This document shows positions 17,416 through 27,150 of a stretch of 64,000 bases of DNA, piece after piece. The translations under genes and the position numbers were made by a program. The notes beneath the pieces were generated by a model that did not search any database, was not told where the DNA came from, and saw only the letters and a program-made list of their open reading frames with translations. Location of the stretch: contig CABZHD010000006.1 in assembly GCA_902525435.1 (NCBI GenBank), positions 2,591 to 66,590 of the forward strand, written 5' to 3'. Positions within the stretch are counted from its first letter, which is position 1. Each line of letters opens with the position of its first letter. Source of the DNA: an uncultured SAR86 cluster bacterium (GTDB lineage: Bacteria > Pseudomonadota > Gammaproteobacteria > Magnimaribacterales > AG-339-G14).

Positions 17416-18246
17416 ATGCTTGAATATGACATAGCTGAATATTCTCAAATAAATCCTGATTTATATCGCAGAGAGTTACGAAAACTTCAAGCAGAGTTTT
17501 TGAAATTACAAAGATGGGTGATTCAAGAAAAGAAAAAGATTGCTATTGTCTTTGAAGGAAGAGATACCGCGGGAAAGACCGGAAGCATATCAGTCTTATC
17601 TAAATACTTAATACCAGAACATGTCCGATTAGTTAAGTTGGGAATTCCAACTAAAAGAGAATCGCAACATTGGTTTTCACGATATGAAAAACATATGCCA
17701 AATGTTGGCGAGATAGTTTTTTTTGATAGATCTTGGTATACCCGAGCACTAACAGAAATAACCATGAATTATTGTTCTGAAAGACAATACAAATACTTTA
17801 TGAAAAATGTATTGTCTTGGGAAAATGAATTTTCTAAAGAAAATATAGAAATAGTAAAGATATATCTTTCTGTTAAAAAGGACATCCAGAAAAAGAGGTT
17901 TGAGAAAAGAAAAAACAGCCCATTAATATTTTGGAAATTTAGCGAAAATGACTTAAAAGTTGCAGACAGATGGGATGCTTTTACATTTTATAAAAATCAA
18001 ATGTTTGCTACAACCTCATCAGAAAAATCACCATGGGTAGTAATTAACGCCAATACAAAAATGGTAGCTTCTTTAAATTCCTTAAGATATATCTTAGAAA
18101 AATTTGAATACCCTGAAAAAAATATCCCAAAACCAAAAAAATGGTCAAAAGGTATGAATATTTATAACCTCAAGATAAATGGCGTAAAGTTTGAAAACTT
18201 ATCTTACGATCAGTTCAAAGTGCTAAGTTCTTTTTCTGATGAATAA
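17416..18246 (+). CDS. ppk2: Polyphosphate kinase 2
   Basis: 276 aa with the PPK2 Walker-A region IVFEGRDTAGKTGSI, followed by FDRSWYTR. It is a single-domain PPK2. Confidence 0.85.
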   Translation: MLEYDIAEYSQINPDLYRRELRKLQAEFLKLQRWVIQEKKKIAIVFEGRDTAGKTGSISVLSKYLIPEHVRLVKLGIPTKRESQHWFSRYEKHMPNVGEIVFFDRSWYTRALTEITMNYCSERQYKYFMKNVLSWENEFSKENIEIVKIYLSVKKDIQKKRFEKRKNSPLIFWKFSENDLKVADRWDAFTFYKNQMFATTSSEKSPWVVINANTKMVASLNSLRYILEKFEYPEKNIPKPKKWSKGMNIYNLKINGVKFENLSYDQFKVLSSFSDE

Positions 18247-19171
18247 TAAAAAAAATTTATTTCGGGTAGGCTGTCTTGACTTAGGATCAAATGCATTAAA
18301 GTACAAACAGTACAGAATAATAAAAAATAAAGCTTCACTTAAACCAGAGCTTGAAACATACAAAAGGATACCCATTAGGCTGGGAACTGATGTTTTTAAT
18401 AAAGGCAAAATTAAGAAAAAGACAATAAAAAAAATAGAAAATCAACTAAGCGCCCTCTTAAAACAGCTGGAGTCAAAAAATGTAAAATTTATTGGTGGAT
18501 TTGCAACCTCTGCAATGAGGACTGCTGGAAACGGTAAAGAGGTTTGTGATTTCTTAAATCAAAGTTTTGATATTAATTTAAAAATTTTATCTGGTGAAGA
18601 GGAAGCTGATTTACTTTTATTCTTAACAAAAAAATATCCTGAAGACGGATCTCATTTGTTTGTTGATGTCGGGGGTGGAAGCACAGAATTTTTTTATTCT
18701 TCAGATAAAATAAAGACATCAAAATCTTTCAATCTTGGTGCTGTTCGAATATACCTAGATAAAGATAGATTATCTGAGTGGAATGAATTTGAAAATTATC
18801 TCAATTCTTTTGATAAATCATCAATAAGAAAAATAGTAGGTGTTGGAGGAAATATAAGATCACTAATCTCAATTATCACAAAAGATAAGGGACACGATAT
18901 ATCACTCATAGATTTAGATAAATGTTTGAACAATTTACTCAAATTGAGTAACGAAGAAAAGATAACAAAACTCTCACTTTCAAAAGATAGAGCAGATATC
19001 ATTGAGAGCGCTGGTAAAATTTTTTTGAGAATCATGAATTTTTTTCCAACTGCAAGTCTTCACTCTGCATCTTGGAGTATTTCTGATGCCCTAGTGGATA
19101 GATACTTAAATGAAAACTACGCGGGATTAAGTTCAGAGTTTAAAGAAACTTTTTCCTCGTTCAATAAATAA
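18239..19171 (+). CDS. ppx: Ppx/GppA-family exopolyphosphatase (short form, no HD domain)
   Basis: 310 aa with ASKHA-fold motifs (LDLGSNALKY, FVDVGGGSTEF). There is an 8-nt overlap with ppk2. Confidence 0.8.
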   Translation: MNNKKNLFRVGCLDLGSNALKYKQYRIIKNKASLKPELETYKRIPIRLGTDVFNKGKIKKKTIKKIENQLSALLKQLESKNVKFIGGFATSAMRTAGNGKEVCDFLNQSFDINLKILSGEEEADLLLFLTKKYPEDGSHLFVDVGGGSTEFFYSSDKIKTSKSFNLGAVRIYLDKDRLSEWNEFENYLNSFDKSSIRKIVGVGGNIRSLISIITKDKGHDISLIDLDKCLNNLLKLSNEEKITKLSLSKDRADIIESAGKIFLRIMNFFPTASLHSASWSISDALVDRYLNENYAGLSSEFKETFSSFNK

Positions 19172-20877
19172 TTGATCTCTATCCAAAACTTACAGCCGTT
19201 TGGTTTGTTTGGCTGCATGCCTATCTCGTAACCCATAAGTCTGGCAAGGTGTTTAGAGATAGCCAATCCTAATCCAGTTCCACCGGATTGCTTGGCTCTT
19301 CCTCTATCAACTCTGAAAAATCTTTCAAAAACTCTTTGGCGATATTTTTTAGGAATTCCACGTCCTGAATCAATAACAGACAGTCTTGAATTAAAATCAT
19401 CAGTTAAATCATTTTTAATTATCACGGTAGAACTTGCAGGCGAATGTTTTAAAGCGTTTGTAATAAAGTTACTCATTATTATTCCAAAAGCAGATGAGTC
19501 GATTAATACATCCAGGTTTTCATCAATATCTACCTCAAATGATATATTTTTTATTAAGGCTTGATCGGTGTGCTTTTTTAAAATTCCTGTAATAAAAGAT
19601 TTCAAGTTTTGTCTGCCCATGTTCAAATCAAATTCTCCAGCTTCAATTGAACTTAATTTAAGTAATTCAGAAACTGTTTCTGTCATATTTTCCGATTGAG
19701 ATAAAATTGCTTCTGTAAACACTAAAGCTTTTGGATCCTTAACAAAGTTTCCATGTAATAAAGTTTCAGCATTAGCCCTTATTACTGAAATTGGTGTTCT
19801 CAACTCATGTGAGACATTTCCTATAAAGTCCTCTCGCATTTGTTCCAATCTTCTTAATTTAGAAATATCATTAAAAACAACTAAGATTTCATCATTAACT
19901 TTATCTCTTCTAGCGCTTATTAAGTACGATGAATCAATTGATTTAGGGCCATTTATTTCAACGGCGTGGTCTGTCTTATCCCAAGCTTTCTTTAGAAATT
20001 TTTTAAACGATGGATAACTAACGTTTGAAAAAAACTTAGAGCCAATTTCAATTTCAGGCCAGAAATCTTCTTTGATTGTTTTGTTATAGAACAAAACTTC
20101 ATTAGATTTATTCAGAAGCAGTACTCCTTGACCCATTTTTTCCAAAACGGAGCTGAACTGTTTTCTTTGTTTAGCAAGAAATTGAAGGTCTTTCTTTAAA
20201 TTCTTTTTAGCTGTTTCAAGAGAATATTGTTGATTACCGCTAAGCTCTTGGTCATCTTTAGAAGAGGAAATATCAGCTTCGTTAATAAAATCTTTTAGAA
20301 ATCCTAATATGACATTAGAAGAGAAGTAAGAAACAAAAATTGCAAAAATAAAACCTACTAAAACTGCACCCAAAACCGTATATCTTACCCTTGCCAATGC
20401 CTGATTTATTTGAGACAGAGGAGCTGCTACCCTGACAACACCCTCTGAAGACTCTAAAGGAATCTTTACTGCTAAATACCTCATATCTGTATTAATTGTA
20501 TTGGAGTATCTTTGGGATAAACCTGACCCTTGATTAACTGCTTGAATAATTTCTGGTCGGTTTGAATGATTTTCAACAGATGCTAGATCCTGTTTAGGAA
20601 TTTCAGAATCTCCTATTACTTGTCCAGAACTTGATACCAAGGTTACTCTTAATCCAGAAGCCTCTCCAAGGTCATCAGCTAAAAAATCAGCATTTTCGTA
20701 ATTTAAACCAGCATCAACAAATAGTTTTTGAGCAATTTTTGCATGGTTCTGTAAATTTGAATTTATATCGTCATTTAAATAAGTAGAAAGTTGACTTTGA
20801 ATATAGAGACCGCCCCCAAGAGATGCTATCGCTAGCAGGCTGAATGATATTAAAAATATTTTTGCTCTAACCGACAT
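19117..20877 (-). CDS. phoR: Sensor histidine kinase, PhoR-like
   Basis: 586 aa with H-box SHELRTPI, N-box NFITNALKHSP and G-boxes DSGRGIP / GGTGLGLAI. There are two TM segments flanking a periplasmic segment of about 140 aa. It lies downstream of the PhoB-like regulator, within phosphorus genes. Confidence 0.65.
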   Translation of the reverse strand: MSVRAKIFLISFSLLAIASLGGGLYIQSQLSTYLNDDINSNLQNHAKIAQKLFVDAGLNYENADFLADDLGEASGLRVTLVSSSGQVIGDSEIPKQDLASVENHSNRPEIIQAVNQGSGLSQRYSNTINTDMRYLAVKIPLESSEGVVRVAAPLSQINQALARVRYTVLGAVLVGFIFAIFVSYFSSNVILGFLKDFINEADISSSKDDQELSGNQQYSLETAKKNLKKDLQFLAKQRKQFSSVLEKMGQGVLLLNKSNEVLFYNKTIKEDFWPEIEIGSKFFSNVSYPSFKKFLKKAWDKTDHAVEINGPKSIDSSYLISARRDKVNDEILVVFNDISKLRRLEQMREDFIGNVSHELRTPISVIRANAETLLHGNFVKDPKALVFTEAILSQSENMTETVSELLKLSSIEAGEFDLNMGRQNLKSFITGILKKHTDQALIKNISFEVDIDENLDVLIDSSAFGIIMSNFITNALKHSPASSTVIIKNDLTDDFNSRLSVIDSGRGIPKKYRQRVFERFFRVDRGRAKQSGGTGLGLAISKHLARLMGYEIGMQPNKPNGCKFWIEINYLLNEEKVSLNSELNPA

Positions 20878-20888
20878 ATTTAATTCAA

Positions 20889-21578
20889 CTAAGATGCTGA
20901 ATTAAAACGATATCCTACTCCTCTTACAGTTTCAATATTGTTTCCAACATCGCTTAACTTTGCTCTTAGTCTTTTTACATGGGTATCTACAGTTCTAGTT
21001 GTAACTTCGCAGTTATAACCCCAAACATCATCGAGCAAAGCATCCCTGGTAGAAACTCTTCCAATTCTCTCAACTAAATAATGCAATAATGAAAATTCTT
21101 TAGCTGTTAGAGGGACTTCCTTGTCTTTTAGCTTGACTCTGTGAGCAGCAATATCAATTTCAAGAGAGCCGAATATTATTTTTTCTTCATCATTGTTTTT
21201 TTTATCGCCAGACCTTTTTAGCATGGCGGCGACTCTGAGCATAAATTCACGAATGCTAAATGGTTTTACAATGTAATCGTCAGCACCAAGCTCAAAACCA
21301 ACAATTCTATCTATCTCCTCACCTTTGGCAGTTACCATCATAATTGGAATGTTCTTTGTTTTTTTTGAGGATCGAAGAATTCTACATATTTCAAGACCAG
21401 ACATATCCGGAAGCATTAGATCGAGTAAAATTAAATCTGGTGTTTTTTCTTCAATCAATTTAAGAGCTTCTTTGCCGTTAAAAGCAGACTCTACTGAGTA
21501 ACCTTCAGAGTCTAAATTGAATGCAACAGTCTGATTTAAGTCAGGCTCATCTTCAACCAATAAAACATACTTCTTCAT
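20889..21578 (-). CDS. phoB: OmpR-family response regulator, PhoB-like
   Basis: 229 aa with a receiver domain (LLVEDEPDL, DLILLDLMLPDMSG, KP) and a winged-helix output domain (VRGVGYRF). The PhoB assignment comes from context. Confidence 0.7.
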   Translation of the reverse strand: MKKYVLLVEDEPDLNQTVAFNLDSEGYSVESAFNGKEALKLIEEKTPDLILLDLMLPDMSGLEICRILRSSKKTKNIPIMMVTAKGEEIDRIVGFELGADDYIVKPFSIREFMLRVAAMLKRSGDKKNNDEEKIIFGSLEIDIAAHRVKLKDKEVPLTAKEFSLLHYLVERIGRVSTRDALLDDVWGYNCEVTTRTVDTHVKRLRAKLSDVGNNIETVRGVGYRFNSAS

Positions 21579-21640
21579 TGATTTATTATCCTATTGTTTT
21601 AAAAGAATATGAAGGCAATCAAAGTAAGTTTTCATTTTTG

Positions 21641-22621
21641 TCACAATCTTATTAAGGTATCTAAAAATTGTTTCGCGACATTACTCCATGAAAACTGATC
21701 AGCAAATTCAAAGCAAGAAGCTCTGTTAATAGAGCAAGCTTTTTCTATAGCACTTTTTAGGTCTTGGTCGTAATATCCATTTATACCATTTGATATTACA
21801 TCAATAGGCCCTGTAACAGGGTATGCAGCAACCGGAGTTCCGCAAGCGTTTGCTTCCAACATAACCAATCCGAATGTATCTGTTAGCGAAGGAAATACTT
21901 TTACTCTTGCATTGCTGTAAATTTCAGCAAGTTCATCTCCAAATTTATATCCTATGAAATTTACCTCGGAAAATTTTTTCTTATATTCTTTTAATTGCGG
22001 ACCTTCACCAACGACTACTTTTGGTAAGTCTAAGACTAGACTAAAAAATGCTTCTAAGTTTTTTTCTCTTGAAACCCGACCAACATAAAGATAGTAAGGA
22101 TCTAACTCCTCTGAAATTATTGGTCTAAAAATACTTTTATCAATTGCCCTATTCCAAATTTTAAGATTTTGAATTCCTATAGATTCTAACTCTCTTTGAT
22201 GAGAATGCGTGTTCACCAAAGTTCTAGCTGCACCAGAATGAAACCACTTCAGAAATTCATTGGTAATTGAAGTTGGTAATCCCATTAAATCTTTTAAATA
22301 ATCAGGAAATTTTGTGTGCACTGCGGTAGTAAAAGGAATTCTTTTTCTTACAAGGTAGTTTCGCAAATAAATTCCTATTGGGCCTTCTGTCGAAATGTGG
22401 ATAGCATCAGGTTGAAAATCTTTTAAAATTTTTTTTGAGTTGAAAACATCAATAGATGCTCTGATTTCTGGGTAAACGGGTATAGGTAAGGAAGTAAATA
22501 AACTAGGCTCAATTACTTTTACTTCATGATTTTTAGATAACTCAGAAACTAAAGAGGTAAGAGTTGTTACGACACCATTAACTTGGGGGGTCCAAGCATC
22601 TGTGGCAATTAAAATTTTCAT
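21641..22621 (-). CDS. GT4-family glycosyltransferase (Agt-like, candidate glycolipid synthase)
   Basis: 326 aa with a GT-B C-terminal motif (FPSLTDTFGLVMLEANACGTPVAAY). There is a 4-nt overlap with the upstream phosphoesterase gene. Confidence 0.7.
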   Translation of the reverse strand: MKILIATDAWTPQVNGVVTTLTSLVSELSKNHEVKVIEPSLFTSLPIPVYPEIRASIDVFNSKKILKDFQPDAIHISTEGPIGIYLRNYLVRKRIPFTTAVHTKFPDYLKDLMGLPTSITNEFLKWFHSGAARTLVNTHSHQRELESIGIQNLKIWNRAIDKSIFRPIISEELDPYYLYVGRVSREKNLEAFFSLVLDLPKVVVGEGPQLKEYKKKFSEVNFIGYKFGDELAEIYSNARVKVFPSLTDTFGLVMLEANACGTPVAAYPVTGPIDVISNGINGYYDQDLKSAIEKACSINRASCFEFADQFSWSNVAKQFLDTLIRL

Positions 22622-23415
22622 GCCGCTTTTTCGGCAGTCTCAATTCTTTTTGTATTGATCGTTAATTCTTCTTTAGAGTAATCTAATAGTGACAATGTAC
22701 CGTCATTTGACTCAACGATAGCTGTGCAAGATTCAACCCAATCTCCACAATTCACATAAGTAATTCCTTCATAGTCTTCTATAGCAGCATGGTGAATATG
22801 TCCGCAGACAACACCATCGAATGAACCGTTTTTACAAGCTTTAACAAGACTTTCTTCATATTTACTAATGAAATTCACAGCACTTTTAACTTTGTATTTT
22901 ATAAATGCAGAAAAAGACCAATAATTTTTGAGTCCAAAAAAGTTCCTCAAAGAATTTATGAAGGTATTTAGAGACATTAAAACTTCATAGACCCAACTTC
23001 CTAAAATTGAAATCCATTTGCTATATCTCGTAACTAAATCATATTCATCACCATGAACGATAAGAAAGTTTTTTCCATCGGCTGTCATGTGCTCAGCCTT
23101 ATCTATCATTTTTATATTACCAAGATTCAAGGGAGTAAAAGTCCTCAGAAACTCATCATGATTACCTGTGACAAAAATCACTTCTGTCCCCTGCTTAGCA
23201 AAAGATAAGAACCTTCTTATTACATTTGTATGCTCTTGAGGCCAGTAAATACTTTGTTCAAGCTTCCAGCCATCAATTATATCTCCGACTAAATATAATT
23301 TGTCGCAGGTATGAGTGTATAAAAAATCTAGTAAACGATTCGACTGACAACCACGGGTCCCCAAATGTATGTCAGATAAAAATATAGATTTAAAATGCTT
23401 TTTTGTGGTTTCCAT
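22618..23415 (-). CDS. plcP: Calcineurin-like metallophosphoesterase, PlcP-like (LpxH-like fold)
   Basis: All metallophosphoesterase motifs are present: SDIHLG, LVGDIIDGW, GNHDE, HGDE, GHIHH. The start was reassigned to ATG 23415 (METTKKHFKSIFLSDIHLG). The track ORF starts at 23481 with an implausible Cys-rich leader. Confidence 0.6.
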   Translation of the reverse strand: METTKKHFKSIFLSDIHLGTRGCQSNRLLDFLYTHTCDKLYLVGDIIDGWKLEQSIYWPQEHTNVIRRFLSFAKQGTEVIFVTGNHDEFLRTFTPLNLGNIKMIDKAEHMTADGKNFLIVHGDEYDLVTRYSKWISILGSWVYEVLMSLNTFINSLRNFFGLKNYWSFSAFIKYKVKSAVNFISKYEESLVKACKNGSFDGVVCGHIHHAAIEDYEGITYVNCGDWVESCTAIVESNDGTLSLLDYSKEELTINTKRIETAEKAA

Positions 23416-23506
23416 ATAATGTATGGATAAGTAGAATACAATGCAAAAATCTTGCAAGCAATCACAAGAGAAAATTATCACTAAATAGCTATATAGATAT
23501 CACATC

Positions 23507-24112
23507 ATGGACACATTGAACCGTAATTTTTTTCTGTTGATTTCCCTTTTTATCACTCCTCTTGCAAATACCTATCCTGATTTTAATGATTTTTTTTCTA
23601 GAGGCATCTTTGGAGGAACCACAGAGTATGAAGTGATCAGTGATAATCATGTGCGAAGTTATACCAATTCAGGTAACAGTGTTTTCGTTACTACTGATAC
23701 CTTTGATGTTTTAGATAAAAATGTAGCCTCATGGCAATGGAAAGTTTTAATTCCCCTTGAGGCTAATGAACGCTTGAGACGGAATCATGACTTTGCAGCT
23801 AGAATCATTTTTTGTAAATCAGACGGAATACTCCCTACGCAAAAGAGATGTCTTAATTACGTTTGGACAGATTCAGTTGAAAAAGGAACAGTTTGGGTTA
23901 ATCCGTGGAATTCAAAACAGATCAACATTGCACTTAGAGATAGTCAAGATGGAGTAGATATCTGGAAAGAAGAGAATATTAATCTTGTTGAAGATTTTAA
24001 AAAATACTTAAACATCGATATCAAAAAGATCTGGGGTTGGGGAGTCATCACAGATGCAGATAACACAAGACAAATTGCTTCGGCCGAATACAAGGACTTT
24101 AATTTTCAATAA
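23507..24112 (+). CDS. Secreted hypothetical protein (DUF3047-like by recollection)
   Basis: 201 aa with an N-terminal signal sequence. The pattern ...WQWKV...HDFAARIIF...LNYVWTD... resembles the DUF3047 family as I remember it. Unverified. Confidence 0.4.
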   Translation: MDTLNRNFFLLISLFITPLANTYPDFNDFFSRGIFGGTTEYEVISDNHVRSYTNSGNSVFVTTDTFDVLDKNVASWQWKVLIPLEANERLRRNHDFAARIIFCKSDGILPTQKRCLNYVWTDSVEKGTVWVNPWNSKQINIALRDSQDGVDIWKEENINLVEDFKKYLNIDIKKIWGWGVITDADNTRQIASAEYKDFNFQ

Positions 24113-24578
24113 ATCCTTTCTTCGGACTCCAAGACCAACGTAAATTGCATAACAGTTTAGAATCATTTTCTTTTGATTTAAGACTGATGAGATCACAAGT
24201 TCTTAAATAAATATCTCTATGTGTGAGATGACTTACTATATCGCTTAATCCAGGATTATGCCCGACGACTAAAACAGACTCTTCGCCTAATTTTCTTTGA
24301 AGGAAATCCTCTAAATGTTCTGCAGATGCATGATACAGATCATCCAAAAAAGTTACCTTTTCAAAATCATAAATCCCTTCTAAACCAACCGAACAGGTGA
24401 TCTCAGTTCTAACAGAAGAGCTAGAATAAACCTTATCAAAAGAAATTTTTTTAGATTTTAAAAATGCGTTAAGCATTTCAGAATTTTTTAAACCTCTTTC
24501 CGATAAAGGTCTTTTGAAATCATCTAAATGAAAGTCATCCCAAGAAGATTTGGCATGACGCAAAAAATATAATTTCAA
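24099..24578 (-). CDS. sixA: Histidine phosphatase, SixA-like
   Basis: 159 aa with the N-terminal catalytic motif LYFLRHAKS and VVGHNPGLS. Confidence 0.7.
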   Translation of the reverse strand: MKLYFLRHAKSSWDDFHLDDFKRPLSERGLKNSEMLNAFLKSKKISFDKVYSSSSVRTEITCSVGLEGIYDFEKVTFLDDLYHASAEHLEDFLQRKLGEESVLVVGHNPGLSDIVSHLTHRDIYLRTCDLISLKSKENDSKLLCNLRWSWSPKKGFIEN

Positions 24579-24579
24579 A

Positions 24580-25431
24580 TTAAGGTTCGAGGACTACTTT
24601 ATTCTCAAGGGTTCCTACGTTTTCTAGTTCAATTCTAACTACATCATTAGGTACTAAATACTTTCCTAGAACAACTCCTACTCCACTAGACGTTCCTGTA
24701 GCAATAATATCTCCTGGCTCTAAGGTGAAAGCCTTAGTGATGTGTTCAATTAAATCAAAGCAATCAAAAATTAATTGGTCAGTACATGAATCTTGTCTTA
24801 ATTCATCGTTGACATAGGTTTTAATTTTTAAATTATGAATGTCAGATATTTCATCCATGGTTGCGATGTAAGGTCCGATCGGACAATGAGTATCAAAACT
24901 TTTACCCATGGTAAAAGTTGGTGATGCAATTTGCCAATCTCTTACGCTGACATCGTTGCAAATGGTAACTCCTGCAATTACATCTAACGCATCTTCCTTA
25001 CTAACGTGGCGACATTTTTTACCAATCACGAAGGCCATTTCTCCTTCGTAATCAACCGCATCGGAGACTTTTGGTTTATGAATCTCACCTTGATGCCCTA
25101 AAACTGAAGTCGATTGCTTTGTGAATATCATTGGAACCTTAGGCAAGTCCATGCCTGTCTCTTTAGCATGATCTTTATAGTTCAATCCTACTGCCAAAAC
25201 TTTTCCTGGTCGCTCAATAACAGGGAGAAATTCAATTTCAGATAACGGAATTACTTCTGGATTTGAGTTAATAAATTTTGATACTTTTGGAGAGAGATCG
25301 TCTATTTGTTCAATAAACTCCATCATAGACATGGAATATTTATCTGAGATTGATTTGAATGAACAAACCCCATCGTCTAATAATGCTCCTATGTTTTTCT
25401 CACCTTTGTATAAAAAATTTACTAACTTCAT
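24580..25431 (-). CDS. Fumarylacetoacetate hydrolase (FAH) family protein
   Basis: 283 aa with a FAH C-terminal domain pattern (KVLAVGLNYKDHA, DYEGEMAFVIGK, GDIIATGT). Confidence 0.85.
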   Translation of the reverse strand: MKLVNFLYKGEKNIGALLDDGVCSFKSISDKYSMSMMEFIEQIDDLSPKVSKFINSNPEVIPLSEIEFLPVIERPGKVLAVGLNYKDHAKETGMDLPKVPMIFTKQSTSVLGHQGEIHKPKVSDAVDYEGEMAFVIGKKCRHVSKEDALDVIAGVTICNDVSVRDWQIASPTFTMGKSFDTHCPIGPYIATMDEISDIHNLKIKTYVNDELRQDSCTDQLIFDCFDLIEHITKAFTLEPGDIIATGTSSGVGVVLGKYLVPNDVVRIELENVGTLENKVVLEP

Positions 25432-25454
25432 TTTTCGCTCCTTCGAAAATTCTT

Positions 25455-26222
25455 TTATTTTGGTTGCATTCTTATGCCGCCATCAAGCCTGATTGTTTCT
25501 CCATTTAGGTAAGGATTTTCAATTATTTGCATGGCCAGTAATGCATATTCCTCAGGATTCCCTAATCTCTTTGGAAATTGAGTCATCTCGATCAAAGGTC
25601 TTCTTACTTCATCGGGAGCCATAGCCATCATGGGTGTATCAAAAATACCCGGTGCAATTGTATTTATCCTTATGCCCATTCTTCCTAAATCACGAGCAAT
25701 GGGGAGAGTCATCCCTACCACTCCAGCTTTACTTGCACTGTATGCTGCCTGTCCAATCTGACCATCGTATGCTGCAACAGAAGCAGTATTGATTATTACA
25801 CCACATTCGTTATCTTTTTCTGGTTCATTTTTGCCCATCTCAACTGCGGCAAGTCTCAGAACATTAAAAGTACCCACGAGATTCACATCCAATACTATTT
25901 TAAAATAATCCAAAGGATGTGCTCCATCCTTACCTACTGTTTTACTGGCGCTTCCAATACCTGCACAATTCAAAACAATATCTATCTTTCCAAACTTATC
26001 CATTGTTTTGTTGATAGCTTCTTGAACGCTAGCTTCTTCAGCTACGTTTGCAACAGCATAATCAGTTTCACCATCTAATTCTGAGCATGCTTTCTTGGCA
26101 TTGTCTTCGTTAAGATCCATAACCATTATTTTTGCACCCGCAGCAATTAGCTTTTGAGCTGATGCAAATCCTAGACCTGATGCCCCTCCGGTTATAAGGG
26201 CTACTTTATTTTTAATATCCAT
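25455..26222 (-). CDS. Short-chain dehydrogenase, 3-hydroxyacyl-CoA dehydrogenase type-2-like
   Basis: 255 aa with VALITGGASGLG and the catalytic YSASKAG. The overall sequence resembles HSD17B10-type enzymes. Confidence 0.8.
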   Translation of the reverse strand: MDIKNKVALITGGASGLGFASAQKLIAAGAKIMVMDLNEDNAKKACSELDGETDYAVANVAEEASVQEAINKTMDKFGKIDIVLNCAGIGSASKTVGKDGAHPLDYFKIVLDVNLVGTFNVLRLAAVEMGKNEPEKDNECGVIINTASVAAYDGQIGQAAYSASKAGVVGMTLPIARDLGRMGIRINTIAPGIFDTPMMAMAPDEVRRPLIEMTQFPKRLGNPEEYALLAMQIIENPYLNGETIRLDGGIRMQPK

Positions 26223-26358
26223 AATATTTCCTCTCTAGAAACATAAATTTAACATGCCAATAATTAAGCTCAATTCATTTTTAGAATTTTTTTGAACGCC
26301 TTTACTCATTTAAAACTATTCCTTAATATAAATCCTAGATTAAAAGTAGGGAGATTTT

Positions 26359-27150
26359 ATGAAAACAGATTATGAATTTTTAAAAACCGATATTGATGGT
26401 CATATCTTGACTGTCACGATAAATAGACCTGAAAGGATGAATGCTTTGCATCCCCCTGCTCATGCAGAATTTGACGAAGTTTGGAATGAATTTGATAAAG
26501 ATGAAAATCTTTGGGTTGGTATTGTCACTGGTGAAGGTGATCGTGCTTTTTCTGCAGGAAACGATCTTAAGTTTCAGGCTGAAGCTGGAGGTAAGATGGA
26601 TATTAATATGGCTTCATCAGGTTTTGCTGGTTTAACTTCTAGATTTAATTTAACTAAACCTTTGATCGCTGCTGTAAATGGCGTATCGATGGGTGGTGGA
26701 TTTGAAATAGCATTAGCTTGCGATTTGATTGTCGCATCTACTAATGCAAAATTTGCTTTACCTGAACCTAAAGTTGGTTTGGCAGCACTTGCTGGAGGCA
26801 TGCAAAGACTTCCAAGACAAATCGGTATGAAAAATGCATTGGGCATGATGCTTACTGGTAGACACGTATCTGCTGAAGAAGGCAAAAGCTTAGGCTTTGT
26901 TAATGAAGTTGTGGAACCAGAAAATTTATTAAGCGCAGCAAAAGCCTGGGCAAAACAAATTGAAGAATGTTCACCGATGTCTATTAGGGCGACTAAACAA
27001 GTTGCTTATGAAAATTTCAACGAACCTGATCTAGAAAAATCTATGAAAGCTCACTATTCTGCTGTCAAAGAATTGTTTGGTAGTGAAGATTTTATTGAAG
27101 GCCCTGTAGCATTTGCCGAAAAAAGACTTCCTAACTGGAAAGGTAAGTAA
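26359..27150 (+). CDS. Enoyl-CoA hydratase/isomerase family protein
   Basis: 263 aa with crotonase motifs (FSAGNDLK, AAVNGVSMGGGFEIALACD). Confidence 0.9.
   Translation: MKTDYEFLKTDIDGHILTVTINRPERMNALHPPAHAEFDEVWNEFDKDENLWVGIVTGEGDRAFSAGNDLKFQAEAGGKMDINMASSGFAGLTSRFNLTKPLIAAVNGVSMGGGFEIALACDLIVASTNAKFALPEPKVGLAALAGGMQRLPRQIGMKNALGMMLTGRHVSAEEGKSLGFVNEVVEPENLLSAAKAWAKQIEECSPMSIRATKQVAYENFNEPDLEKSMKAHYSAVKELFGSEDFIEGPVAFAEKRLPNWKGK

Noticed and set aside
23416-23506. Looked for a Pho box in the plcP-like / DUF3047-like divergent spacer.
   Set aside because: No 11-bp-spaced CTGTCAT-like repeats were found. Only loosely similar TTGTGAT/TTGCAAG strings are present, which is not enough to call.
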